From: Phoronis australis
Lineage: Eukaryota; Animalia; Phoronida
Assembly (NCBI GenBank): GCA_002633005.1
Contig: NMRA01000754.1
Coordinates: 1 to 64,000 of the forward strand
Direction of reading: 5' to 3'
DNA: 64,000 bases
The position numbers and the translations under genes are program-made. Positions 38,491 to 51,713 of the stretch are shown piece after piece (position 1 is the first letter of the stretch; every line of letters starts with the position of its first letter). The notes under the pieces were generated by a model that saw only the letters and a list, made by a program, of their open reading frames with translations, was not told the DNA's origin and ran no database searches.

Positions 38491-40417
38491 AAACACCCGT
38501 AGCCGAGAAGGCCACATTCCTCTGTCCGTCATGCTTGGTATTTGGTTCAAGTTGGTGTCCACAGACAATGTCCATTCCTACCCCTGATTTTAGTTGTCTG
38601 GTCATCTTCCTTAACCTTGTAACCAGGAGGATCAGTGATCCCGCAGAGCAAGTCTGGTCCATTCTGTCCTGGTACAACTATTTTCCCTTCTCTGGCCTGT
38701 GGAATTTTATTCTTGACTTAATACCAATCGGCTCATAGTTGGGTGATGAGACCAATAGAATTTGCGTCGGCACGGAATACATGTATTACGAGACTAATTT
38801 TGTGGGAGGCCTAAGCAATTGGTGCAAGATCTGACTGCCGCCTATTGGAGACTAGGAATACCAATTAAGGCTGTGTAAATGGAGCGTCGGTTGCAAGATG
38901 TCTTGTTTAAGTTATGAGTGTAATTCTAAGTAACAAAAATCAGTCTAAAACAATTTAATACATCATAGTAACCCTTATTTTAAGGGAATTGGAGTGTGTT
39001 CCTGGTTAATAATTTCTATTTTTTTCATTCGACAACTAGCGTTTAAGTGTCTAAAATTGTGCTCTAGACATTCGTGACTCGTATTCTTTTCGGTTTGGAA
39101 GCTTTAAAATCTCATAAGTCCAAGGTACTCACTGTGGATGTTTTGATAGAAGCTACCCTCGTGAAAATCTGGTACGCCTTGAACGCGGCAGTAATACGTT
39201 CCTTTGTCATTGCGTGCTGTATAGTTGGAGACCGTTATAGAAGATGTCAGTTTATTGTCTCTCTCCTCAATTTGGTGTTCAATTTTCAATCTTTGCCTCT
39301 GCTTCGTCCCAATTCTACTTAACACGTCATAGAGCCATTCTCAATGAATCGCGACAATTCGACTCCTGAGACACTCGATTTTCAAGTATCTTCATCTGGA
39401 GCTAACGTATTATTTTCTCTTAGTTTAACGTATGAATGATAAGTTTTGAACAATTTCCTCAGCTCAGCAAGTGCAGTTATAGAGTTATTTTGTTGTTTTA
39501 TTAGAGCAACTGGATAATTTATTTGAAAACATAAAAACGCGTTCGTTGGGTTAATTTTCGGTCTAGTTTGTTATCANAAACACCCATAGCCGAGAAGGCC
39601 ACATTCCTCTGTCCGTCATGCTTGGTATTTGGTCCAAGCTGGTGTCCACAGACAATGTCCATTCCTACCCCTGATTTCAGTTGTCTGGTCATCTTCCTTA
39701 ACCTTGTAACCAGAAGGATCAGTGATCCCCCAGAGCAAGTCTGGTCCATTCTGTCCTGGTACAACTATTTTCCCTTCTCTGGCCTGTGGAATTTTATTCT
39801 TGACTTAATACCAATCGGCTCATAGTTGGGTGATGAGACCAATAGAATTTGCGTCGGCACGGAATACATGTATTACGAGACCAATTTTGTGGGAGGCCTA
39901 AGCAATTGGTGCAAGATCTGACTGCCGCCTATTGGAGACTAGGAATACCAATTAAGGCTGTGTAAATGGAGCGTCGGATGCAAGATGTCTTGTTTAAGTT
40001 GAGTGTAATTCTAAGTAACAAAAATCAGTCTAAAACAATTTAATACATCATAGTAACCCTTATTTTAAGGGAATTGGAGTGTGTTCCTGGTTAATAATTT
40101 CTATTTTTTTCATTCGACAACTAGCGTTGAAGAGTCTAAAATTGTGCTCTAGACATACGTGACTCGTATTCTTTTCGGTTTGGAAGCTTTAAAATCTCAT
40201 AAGTCCAAGGTACTCACTGTGGATGTTTTGATAGAAGCTATCCTCGTGAAAATCTGGTACGCCTTGAACGCGGCAGTAATACGTTCCTTTGTCATTGCGT
40301 GCTGTATAGTTGGAGACCGTTATAGAAGATGTCAGTTTATTGTCTCTCTCCTCAATTTGGTGTTCAATTTTCAATCTTTGCCTCTGCTTCGTCCCAATTT
40401 TACTTAACACGTCATAG
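38491..40417. repeat. Near-identical ~840-bp duplication (38491-39332 vs 39578-40417)
   Basis: Copies differ by scattered substitutions and a small indel; the second starts right after the n at 39577. Confidence 0.9.
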
Positions 40418-40571
40418 TGAAAGATGATCTCCCTGTTTTTTCCAAATGTCCACGACATGTCTAATATTGTATAGTTAGGCGTAGTTTTCGTTACCAAACA
40501 AGAGAGCCTAAAACTGTTCCCTTCGCCCTCTTCTACGCTGTTCTGTTGGCCTGTCACTCGAACAGTGAATC
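40218..40571 (-). CDS. Immunoglobulin (V/I-set-like) domain exon
   Basis: gatcag|GA...CACA|gtgagt, 354 nt, phase 1-1; FRLSCLV...MSWTF...SSITVSN...DKGTYYCRV, the canonical C-W-DxGxYxC pattern. A partial copy lies at 39133-39332. Confidence 0.8.
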
Positions 40572-40792
40572 CTGATCAATCAATAAAATATACATTCAAG
40601 TCATTCCTCATACTCAGACAACAACGTTTCGTCACTCATCTCACAAAAAAGATAGCAGATGAATTCTCAAGACTTCATACACACCTTGATCATGTCAACA
40701 AACCGTCAGTACTCGAAGCTCCCATAAATGGCTTGTTCACTGCTCCTGGCAGTACATATACAAAAATGACCCAGAAATTCAGGGAACCTTAC

Positions 40793-40996
40793 CGTACTGC
40801 AAATCTTTCCCAGTGCATATCATGGATAAAGGAATTCATTGAAGTCATGTCTTGTCTTTCTATGCAAACCGGAAAACTGAGATGGCAAACATTACTAAAA
40901 TTGTCCTGTCGCTCCGCTCCATATTGCAAATTGTCGATTGCCTCTGTCCCAAAGCCGTCGGACTCAAGATTCGAAATGCTGTTGTCCTCTAGATTT
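40793..40996 (-). pseudogene. Possible degraded leucine-rich-repeat exon upstream of the Ig exon
   Basis: NLEDNSISNLESDGF fits LxxNxIxxL. It ends at a CG|gtaag donor, but the expected acceptor reads tttccg rather than tttcag. Confidence 0.35.
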
Positions 40997-41339
40997 CGGA
41001 AATTTAGGATACAATATCTAATTATCAACCAGATGTTTTCAGTTGCTATTCGTCTGAAGGGTACCTGTATTTGCAGCAAAATTTTGGGAAAGAACAAGGA
41101 CGTGCCTTTAAAATGGCGGGATTTCCAAATTTGGAACTGTTACAGAAGAAGCCGAACTAGCTTCGTTCCGACCTCCAGCGCGCATTCGGCTTCGTGTGAG
41201 GTCGAAATGCAGCCACGTTCTCGATTGTATTGACTTCCTTATTTGGAATGCCATGAGAATTATCTGGTCTGAGGAGTGTCGTTTCTTGCAAAGGTTGTAG
41301 CGAAAAAATAAAGCCATTAGGGCTTCCTACCGTTTGTTA

Positions 41340-41620
41340 CATTCACACTCTCTGCTTGTATGCCCCTCTTTCCGCTGTCACGTGTATTTCAGTTTATTTC
41401 GCTATGTATATGTTCATTCCACTTATTGCCTGATGATGAGACATGCAGTCTCGAAGTACAGCTAAATAGTGTTTTAATTTGTTGGTTTGATATGTCTGTC
41501 GGTGTTTTACTACATAGCAGCACACCTGAAGAAAGGACACTGTTCCGAAACTACGAGCAAACCAGTATCAAGCTTGCGAACAAAAAGTCTAGTCGTGTTT
41601 TTAACGACATCCGTATAAAT
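41340..41620 (+). mobile_element. Penelope-like element fragment with a hammerhead-like motif
   Basis: CTGATGA-t-GAGAC(atgca)GTCTC-GAAG at 41430-41456, then ATG 41492 MSVGVLL...RTLFRNYEQTSIKLANKKSSRVFNDI, resembling Penelope ORF N-termini. Confidence 0.5.
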
Positions 41621-43784
41621 AAAAGATCAAAAATAGAAACTATTTACAGTTCAAATGTTTCGCCTACTGTACCCTACTACTGCTAGCAAAGTGAACAGTT
41701 GGAATGCCTTGGAATAATTGAGGGGGCTAACATAAAAGTTTGGGGAGATATTAGACCCTCGTGCTCCTGCAAACGGAGCTAAAAAGAACTTCCTTCCTGC
41801 AATTTTTGGACAAACATGTTGTAGCCCGCAATCGGCCAGTGGGTATCTGGGAAAATTTGAAGAGACACCTACGAGGGATCTCGCCGCGACCGAGAGCAAG
41901 TTTCCGAACGTCAGCTTCCCAGTTTTCCATGGGATACTTTGATCGAATTAGGAACCCCTGTTCACGTAGTGACTACGCGCCCGCGTTACTCTAATTTACT
42001 GTCATTCGACCCAGGGGCATGTTCAGAAAAAAAGGCCGGCGGCTCTGTACGTAGGAAGCTGGTTAGGCACTGATCCCGTCAAAATCCTTAAAATCCGGTA
42101 ACAGCTGGGGTTTTTTTTGCAGTCCTCACCTCTTTCATCTCTTTCGTCTATCCCTCTATTCGTGGCATCCGACGTTAGTGTTCGTCCAATTACCCGGAGG
42201 ACCCCCATTCACCCAATGCGGGGACACCTTAGACGCGAGCTTGCACTTAAGTTTAGTAGTACCACGCTAAATCCGCCCTGTTTCGACATGTAATGTGTAG
42301 GCCTATTGGAACTTTTGAACCAATTTTCATGAGTAAATCTGAGTGAGCGAGACGGCTGTAGGCAAAGTTTTGGAATGTACCAGTCAGCGGGAATATACCT
42401 GGATTTTGGAAGAGGAGGCCCAAACTGAGGACAGCCTTAAGGCCCCAGTTATCGTTAATCCGCCACTTGTGCTAACTAAACCAAAGGACCCACGTGTCAC
42501 GGAATGTTCGTCCTCTCTTTTTATCGAATGTTATAAACGAAACAGTTGAAAATGACCCCCGATTGACACCTTCTCAACGGGCTGACACATTTCCACAGTG
42601 GTGATGGATCAACGTTTAAAAAGTGGCGCTGGTCATTTTTCCTCGGGGGTCAAAACACCGGTCGTCAACTCTCCTTGAGAATTGACGATAATGACAAGCA
42701 GAACTATACCACGGCGGTGTCAGTGAAATTTTAAGGTCTATGTGAGGCTAAAACGGTTCCTCGCTGTATTTTGACGTCAGTCTTCATACAACTAACTTGA
42801 TGGCTAGAGACCGCAGTGTAATAATCTCACACAGACTTCGATATTTCACTCTGCCGAGTAATTCTGCTCCTCGGCCCTGTCGTGAAACATATCAACATGT
42901 AACCTGGCTAAGGACCCGTCCGGCGCGGGGGTGCATGCATATAGTTGAGGATTGCGTGCCCGTCACAACCGTTTAGGTAGGAAACAAATCTAAAAAACGT
43001 CATATTCTGACACAATTTTCGTGACAAACAAAAGTTGGAGCTCAATAATAGGTATCGTCGGCTTGAAAACAGTAGGCTACTCAACACGCGAATGTTGGCT
43101 GGACAACTTCGTCGAAGCAATATTTACTCAGGAATTAATTCGGTTTTCTGGAATTAAAATACCAAAAACGTTGAACGAAATGAAACGAATTCCGATAATT
43201 TGTTCTGACATGCACGCACTTCATCTTGTGGAATAAGAACAGTTGATTGAAAAGTCGGCGAAGAAAGAAATTGGTCACGTGACTACGGCAATGTCTCTTA
43301 CTTGGGGTACTCAAGTTGAGGAAGACAGTTTTTGTGAGACAGATTTCATTTTATCACTTTTTTACCCACATCGGTAAAAAGCTGTATATTTTCATAGCTT
43401 TTCCCTAAGGTACCAACCAGTCATAGAGATGTCTAAAGCGCCAACACTCACCATAATAAAACATGTTTCTTATATGGTTATGAGTCATCGGGAAACTCGC
43501 ATCCCTACGTCTATGAAAGGCAAAGTCTACACGACGTACGAGTCTTATTAGTAAGGCCAGAACCACCACAAAAATGGATTAAATATTCAAAAACAAATAT
43601 AATTGAACTTGACGTGAAACTTGCCTGCATGCGTAACTGGAATCAACAGCGAAGCCAAAAGAAACATTGCGAATGCCATCGTGCTACAATTACATGTGAG
43701 TGTAAAACGAAATGTTTCTCGCGTGCTATTATGCATTAAAATGATGTCTCGTGAATGGCCGCTGGGGAGATATGTCGCTGTAAA

Positions 43785-45514
43785 ATTACGTGCGTAGATT
43801 AATTCTTATCGACGACACAAATTATTTTTTAATGGCGTAAAGCAATTATTTGCGGCGTAAATTAAATATTTGCGCGTAAATTAACTTTCAACGGTGTAAA
43901 TAAAAGTATTTTACGCACTGCGTAAATTAATTCTTTTCTCGTCGGTTTTACAATCGACGCGTGCACTTTACATGGACTTCCGAAAACAAGAACATGATAG
44001 AGGAAGAGGGCATCCTCAATAGAATGGCACAAATTGGGGCTGACAGATAGGACACAGTGCGACCATCGGCCACTTTTCAACAAGCGTATGTTGACATGTC
44101 TGGGCGCAGCCATATTGTGTTCCCTTTGTTATCTTTATGATGATTGGCCGAGGTTAAGAATTAATTTACGGCGTAAAGTAATTATTTGTGGTGTGATTTA
44201 ACGGCGTAAAATAATTCTTTGCGGCGTAATTTTGTGGCGACACTCCCCACCAACGGTTATTCATACGGTAGAGCATAATTTCGCACCCAATTAAAATGAT
44301 CGATGGACACAAAAATCTGCTATGTGTCTATTGATGTATGATGGAAGGCAGGGACACTGAAGGATTTCTGTACAGTAAACTGCGTCAAGCAATCCCCGAC
44401 TGAATTGAAGTCACGATTGTTTTGAAGGAACATTACCAGCCGAAAAACGCATTCCGGGTATATTTGTTGATGGGGTGGACTTCTTAAAGTCCTTCTCTCA
44501 CGCGTTGTTAACCCTTATTACATGGTTAGAAGATGTTATAAGGATCCAAGAAGTACCTACCCCATAATAATACACGATCCGTACTCGAAAACAGTTTAAA
44601 TGAACGCGCCACTCACGATTAGCACCCGAAGAAACACCGCCATTTTGAACTTGCTGCGAACCCGGAAGTACAATTCATTCAGGAACCCACGGCAGGCCGA
44701 GAAAACGCTGTCAGTGCGACTGGAGCAGTGCCTGTACTGTTACCAGCCAGCAAACGGGGATAAAAAAATCGACAGCGCGCCTTAATTTTGATAAAATCAA
44801 ACTACGGACAATTTTATGGAATTTGCTGAAGAAATGTGGCGNATTACGTGCGTAGATTAATTCTTATCGACGACACAAATTATTTTTTAATGGCGTAAAG
44901 CAATTATTTGCGGCGTAAATTAAATATTTGCGCGTAAATTAACTTTCAACGGTGTAAATAAAAGTATTTTACGCGCTGCGTAAATTAATTCTTTTCTCGT
45001 CGGTTTTACAATCGACGCGTGCACTTTACATGGACTTCCGAAAACAAGAACATGATAGAGGCAGAGGGCATCCTCAATAGAATGGCACAAATTGGGGCTG
45101 ACAGAGAGGACACAGTGCGACCATCGGCCACTTTTCAACAAGCGTATGTTGACATGTCTGGGCGCAGTCATATTGTGTTGCCTTTGTTATCTTTATGATG
45201 ATTGGCCGAGGTTAAGAATTAATTTACGGCGCAAAATAATTCTTTGCGGCGTAATTTTGTGGCGACACTCCCCACCAACGGTTATTCATACGGTAGAGCG
45301 TAATTTCGCACCCAATTAAAATGATCGATGGACACAAAAATCTGCTATGTGTCTATTGATGTATGATGGAAGGCAGGGACACTGAAGGATATCTGTACAG
45401 TAAACTGCGTCAAGCAATCCCGGACTGAATTGAAGTCACGATTGTTTTGAAGGAACATTACCAGCCGAAAAACGCATTCCGGGTATATTTGTTGATGGGG
45501 TGGACTTCTTAAAG
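43785..45514. repeat. Near-identical ~700-bp duplication (43785-44489 vs 44843-45514) containing ggcgtaaa-type sub-repeats
   Basis: Direct comparison of the two copies; the second begins after the n at 44842; one ~34-bp indel. Confidence 0.9.
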
Positions 45515-45827
45515 TTTTGATCAAAGGTACTAAGAACACGTTGTAATTTTTTTACTTTATTAAAAATTTCCTCTCTGCTACTTGGCGTGAGAGATTTAAG
45601 GCAGCGAGGATTTCGTGCTACTGATCACTTTTTAAATTGCTTTTCTCAAAGAGAATGAACTCTTAAAATAAGTAACTATGATAGCATTACTGCAAGCGTG
45701 TGACTACACTTTCAAAAAGGCAAATTTCTTGCAATTGTCTTGTTCACCGTCACATATATTCATTTTAATATTTATGAAAATCAGGAGTAGAATGACATTA
45801 GTTTAATTCATATAAGTTTTCTTTTTC

Positions 45828-46277
45828 TGTAATATTTGTTTATTATCACATAGCATTTACCATGCAGTCAAGCCAGTGAAGTTGAAATTTGTTTACTGTA
45901 GAACACTAGAGAACATTCTAGTAGATTCCAGCATACAATTTATTGATACAGTACTGTAGTCTGGAATTTGTAGACCCTACTATATGTTTGTAGAATGATT
46001 GGGTACATTCCGGAAAGTTCTAGCTAGAATGTGCTTGAATTGGTGAAATGTTCCACAGCATTGTAAGAGACTATAAACATGTAAATATCCAGGGACAGGT
46101 TAGAGGCAGTCAGTTAAAGTTAAAGATACAGTTGAGTTGCAGTTACAGAATCTTGCAGTTTCAGCACTATTCAAAGTGTCAACTTCGGTCTCCGTTGATA
46201 CATGAAATCATTACTAACAGTGTTCTGTCGTTCAGTAACTTTTCCAGACGTGAGGGGTGCTGAACGTGCGATAACAT
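45828..46277 (+). mobile_element. Possible solo LTR
   Basis: TGT...ACA ends, repeated tagaa/ttcta motifs and a TATA-like tataaa; no target-site duplication found. Confidence 0.25.
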
Positions 46278-47737
46278 CTGGCTCTTTTGTTAACTGACCA
46301 GCTCAGTCTTTTGTCCCGTATTATAACAAGCAGGCCAATTATCTCCAAGACTTCAAAGGAAACGTATGGTGATTGAACGCTATTACTGAATAAGTATGAA
46401 CACAGTCAAACCCAGTGCGTCCGTTTATACAGAATAGATTGTCTTAACTTCTGTTGTAGGTGGGCGATTTTGGGGATTCAAAAACGGAACATGACCAGCA
46501 TTTGACGAGGAATTCAGAAATGCTATTGGTTTAAGCTCAAATATGTTACAACTAAACTTCCATTTTTATCAGCCCAGCCCAATCAGTCTAGATACGATCT
46601 GATCGGAGATTAGAGCGCAGGCCCTCCAACCATAAATGCCAGTCGTTGTAAGATATTGGCTACGGGGGTAAAACTTCCCAACTTGTTGCTGGGCTATAGA
46701 ATCGAACAAGTTGGGAGCAACGGGATGTCGCCGTCATGTAATGTCTTGTGGGATATTACTTCACCTACACTGTACGTCAATCGAGACACGTTTTGCGTTT
46801 ATCCCATATGCTTCGAAGTTTCTTTCATTTTTTGGACATATTTTTAAATACTTCACCTAAAATAGACTGTTCATGTGACGGATCACATCCTATATGAATG
46901 TACTCGCGCGTTAGGTTACAAGTTTTCTCTAGTAAATGAAACAGTTTTAAATGTAACGATTTATTACTTGGAAAGAGATAACAATTAAAGATGAAAACAA
47001 CGGCAATTGCATGCGCGCACCCAGCCTAAAAATGGAAGAGCTCGAATTGTACAATACGGACCTTGTACTAAGATTCACGGGGTACATTCAGAGCTATGAA
47101 TTGTGCAAAGAAAGGCAGGTATAGAGATGGGGGTGAAGATGGCACTCACATAACGCGTTTTGGTCGTGACAGACCGACCCGAAAAAACCAGACCAGGCTT
47201 AATTATTTCTCCTACAGCCCGAATTGGTAATAAACTATTGAAATCGCTGATAAAAGGGTGTCAAGTTTATAATACCTTCAATCCCTGAGATTCTATCACG
47301 AACATTTCGCATTATGCGGCAGGCCACAGGTGAATCAGGTAAGGACATTGACCTCGCCATGTCGGCAAGCTTTGCGTGTTTGAGGCCATACAAACTCGAT
47401 TCTTCCGCACCGGCGTCTTCGTCGAGTGAAGTCGAGTGGGAGACTATTCAGTTTCAGGACCGTCCTCGGTGATTTCAGAGTGGTAATTAAAGCCTTTTAT
47501 TGTATCGCCGTTTAATTTTGTAACCACACTAGTGTCTAGTAATGTATTTCGAATTGTAAATCTAACCGAAATTTTTACCCGACTGTCAAAACTCAGTCGC
47601 GAATAGCAGACACTGATTTCATTCAGTTCTTCGAATTCCGAGTGCATTAAAACTTTGTCAGGACCGATCATATCTAATTATGGTGCTGCCAACTGGATTT
47701 TTAGGAAACAGACAAAAGTACACAACTTCATTTTCTC

Positions 47738-48072
47738 AGTGGCGGATCTAGGATACCATATATAAGGGGGGGGGGCAACATGTTGCCTTGAGGTGTCGGG
47801 CAAAAAGCGAGTGTATGTGCACAAGCGGCCCGAAGGTTGCGGAGCCGCCGGGGTACGCGTAAAATGTGTTGGTGGACTTAAAAAAAACGACGAGAACACG
47901 ATGCCGCCGCGATCTGGGGTTTGAGCCCCCCCCCCCTTCTCCGCTGCCATTCCTATTTTCTGAACTCAATATTTCCTCACGCGTCACGCTGTTGCTGTTT
48001 CATTTTGCTTGCAGCACCCAACTTAGGGGGGCGGGGGCGGCCCCCCTGACCCCTCCCCCTAAATCCGCCTGT
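47738..48072. mobile_element. MITE with terminal inverted repeats
   Basis: cagtggcggatctagg...ccccctaaatccgcctgtg, with G-runs and C-runs inside the ends. Confidence 0.7.
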
Positions 48073-48713
48073 GTTTCTTGACCTGCTTTGATCGAGATAG
48101 ACTTCTCATTCTCAAATGTAGGCCTACAAGAACCCGCATGATATGTCAGCCGGGTAAAGATCAAGGTAAAAAGTAAAACGTCATGCAGGTGTGGATAAAA
48201 CCATGTTTGAATAGGCCTATGCAAGTGTACCACCTTGGTACCGTATTGTTTTGAGCTTATTGTCTAGAATAGAGGCTTGTTTACCTCGTGTTATTGACGT
48301 GCATGACATTTTACTTGTTACCTTGACCTTTACATCATGTTGGTTCGTGTCTTACCACGAGAAAGTAGGCTACACCAGTGGACCTCGAAACATATGTCAG
48401 GAAAATGAAGTTGTGTACTATTTAGCTATTTATTAAATGTTTCATTGCCGGTATTGCTGCTAGCTGGATTTCATTTCTGGTAGACGATACTCGTTTCTGT
48501 CTTGTCTGTTCCAAAATTATGACAGCTTAATTTTATACCGTTCTGACGCCGGGCCGACTCCAGTCTCTGTGCTGGCTGCAGTCGTGACCTCAAACTATTT
48601 GGATTGCCACATCACGTTTTTTACTATTGGGCATTGACGTGGATAGCATACATTCCCACAAAATCTTGAGCTACACTGATGGAAAGTTGCCATTACCTCA
48701 GTCACATGATTTG

Positions 48714-51259
48714 GTCATATGTTGAGGATCCGTTCGTCTATAGAAGGGCGTATGAAACCACCCTTCGCCTTAAAAGTATTTGAATGTTTTGTCACAAGTC
48801 CTTTGATCATTCTTAATAAATACCACTTCGCCGCCTGAGTGTTCACCGAGTGCGAGCTTTTTGAGTTTCCAGCAAACTTAAAGTATGAATCCGGCTTAAC
48901 CGGGCCGGGTCTCCCCTCTCCGGGCCTAGAGCTAGGCCAACCGTACCCAATTGTTCTAAAGGAATATTCGCTCTTTGCGCAAACGTTGCCTGTGTCAACT
49001 TCGCTACAAAATGTACATAAGCACTGAGCGCAAAGCAGTGCTACGGTCTTTTTCCCCATCCGACGGAAGGCGATCTGGGTGTCCCCTCAGGTGACTAGGC
49101 CTATAGATAGTTGCGCCCGGCGGCAGTGCATGTGCATATATATAAAGGGGGCCGTTAACTTCAGTGTAAGGCATAATTCGATTCACCGAAAAGCCTCCGG
49201 GGTATCGTGAATGGCCTGTGCCGGGCCGAGATAACCAGCCCACCGTCTCACCTGAAAATCCACCGTGCTGAATTCACGTTCAGGCCTATGGTGCTTTAAT
49301 AATTCAGTAATGGGATCTCTGCCCTGGCCGTCGCCACTAGATCAGCGGCGCCGGTGCCTGTCACACAGTGCGGCACTCCATGCGCGCACCCAGCCTAAAA
49401 TATAGGAACTCGTATTTTTTCGATATGTGGACCTTTTCGTGACTGATCATTTCAGTGAACGGAGGCCGGCGTCAACCATTGAAAAAACGAGGGCCACCGA
49501 TTGATAGGTTCAGGCCTACTGTGCATCCACGCCCTGTTCCTGTGGACTTTGCAGACCTTTGTCTCGTTTACTCGGACTTTTTGTTTCTCTGAGTGAGGCG
49601 GACCTTTTTACCCATGTGGGACTCAGCGTGATCGTTGGCCGTCTGTCACGTTTTATTTTTCGTGTATTGAGCAGTAGTCAGCTTGTAGCTGTGTGAAGAC
49701 CATTTTCAAAATATAACGCATATATTTGCACCACAGAACAAGAGAGGAGTTTTATGCTTATCCGGTGTCAAGGCTACAGTGCCACGCCGCTCACCAATGA
49801 GCTCGGACTTCCGGCTGGTACACTTGCTATTGTCATGGTACATCTTCATAGTTTGAGTATTGCTTTGGCACGTGGCTGCCAACTTGCCTGTTGTGCAGGT
49901 GNNNNNNNNNNNNNNNNNNNNNNNNNNNNNNNNNNNNNNNNNNNNNNNNNNNNNNNNNNNNNNNNNNNNNNNNNNNNNNNNNNNNNNNNNNNNNNNNNNN
50001 NNNNNNNNNNNNNNNNNNNNNNNNNNNNNNNNNNNNNNNNNNNNNNNNGGCCCCCCCCCCTAAATCTGCCTATGGTCATGTTGAGGATCCGTTCGTCTAT
50101 AGAAGGGCGTATGAAACCACCCTTCGCCTTAAAAATATTTAAATGTTTTGTCACAAGTCCTTTGATCATTCTTAATAAATACCACTTCGCCGCCTGTTCA
50201 CCGAGTCACGAGTGCGAGCTTTTTGAGTTCCCAGCAAACTTAAAGTATGAATCCGGCTTAACCGGGCCGGGTCTCCCCTCTCCGGGCCTAATTAGAGCTA
50301 GGCCAACCGTACCCAATTGTTCTAAAGGAATATTCGCTCTTTGCGCAAATGTTGCCTGTGTCAACTTCGCTACAAAATGTACATAAGCACTGAGCGCAAA
50401 GCAGTGCTTTTCAGTCTTTTTCCCCATCCGACGGAAGGCGATGTGGGTGTCCCCTCAGGTGACTAGGCCTATAGATAGTTGCGCCCGGCGGCAGTGCATG
50501 TGCATATATATAAAGAGGGCCGTTAACTTCAGTGTAAGGCATAATTCACCGAAAAGCCTCCGGGGTATCTAGTGAATGGCCTGTGGCCGAGAGTAACCAG
50601 CCCACCGTCTCACCTGAAAATCCACCGTGCTGAATTCACGTTCAGGCCTATGGTGCTTTAATAATTCAGTAATGGGATCTCTGCCCTGGTCGTCGCCACT
50701 AGATGAGCGGCGCCGGTGCCTGTCACACAGTGCGGCACTCCATGCGCGCACCCAGCCTAAAATATAGGAGCTCGTATTTTTTCGATATGTGGACCTTAGG
50801 CCGGCGTTAACCATTGAAAAAAACGAGGGCCACCGATTGATAGGTTCAGGCCTACTGTGCATCCACGCCGTGTTCCTGTGGACTTTGCAGACCTTTGTCT
50901 CGTTTACTCGGACTTTTTGTTTCTCTGAGTGAGGCGGACCTTTTTACCCAATTCACCAAAATGTGGGACCGTCGTGACTCAGCGTGATCGTTGGCCGTCT
51001 GTCACGTTTTATTTTTCGTGTATTGACCAGTAGTCAGCTTGTAGCTGTGTGAAGACCATTTTCAAAATATAACGCATATTTATATTTGCACCACAGAACA
51101 AGAGAGGAGTTTTATGCTTGTCGTGTCAAGGCTACAGTGCCACGCCGCTCACCAATGAGCTCGGACTTCCGGCTGGTACACTTGCTATTGTCATGGTACA
51201 TCTTCATAGTTTGAGTATTGCTTTGGCACGTGGCTGCCAACTTGCCTGTTGTGCAGGTG
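48714..51259. repeat. Near-identical ~1.19-kb duplication (48714-49901 vs 50074-51259) across an N gap
   Basis: Copies differ by substitutions and short indels and are separated by Ns at 49902-50048. Confidence 0.9.
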
Positions 51260-51713
51260 TACGTTGACCACTTGTCGGACTTCTTCATGGTTTCAGGAGT
51301 GGATACAAACTCACGCCCATATCCGTGTGCTGTGTGCGTCGAAATACGCTTTAGTACCGAGTCTGTAACAATTTATAAACAACCGTGAGCTCTTCCCAAG
51401 CCCGAAGCGCACTTCTAATAGGCGACTAAGCAGCTAAGCCGCGCAGTCTCAGACTAGTCAGGCTGTGCTAGGCGCTTGGTTACTTAAGCTGATAAGCCAA
51501 GTGACCAGTTAGTTGAGAACAGTTTCAGCATTCAGGTTTGCATTCGATTGTTTCTTTCACTATAATGGCCAACCGAATATTGAAACGTAAATAACAAAAA
51601 ATCTTGTCAGATACTAGAAGTTGCTCGTTAATGATTTATAATGCCATGTTTGCCATCTGGAGCTGGAGCACTGACTACACTCATTGATTACGCATTCTTT
51701 GTTGTATTAACAG

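Noticed and set aside
38540-38790. CUB-like hints (SSPNY, LLCG, CLW) on the minus strand
   Set aside because: The motifs fall in different frames and in the wrong order; insufficient to call a domain.
40565-41233. 222-aa plus-strand ORF
   Set aside because: No motif recognised; it lies antisense to the LRR/Ig-like sequence.
49754-50386. ORFs spanning the N run
   Set aside because: Artefacts of translating through an assembly gap.
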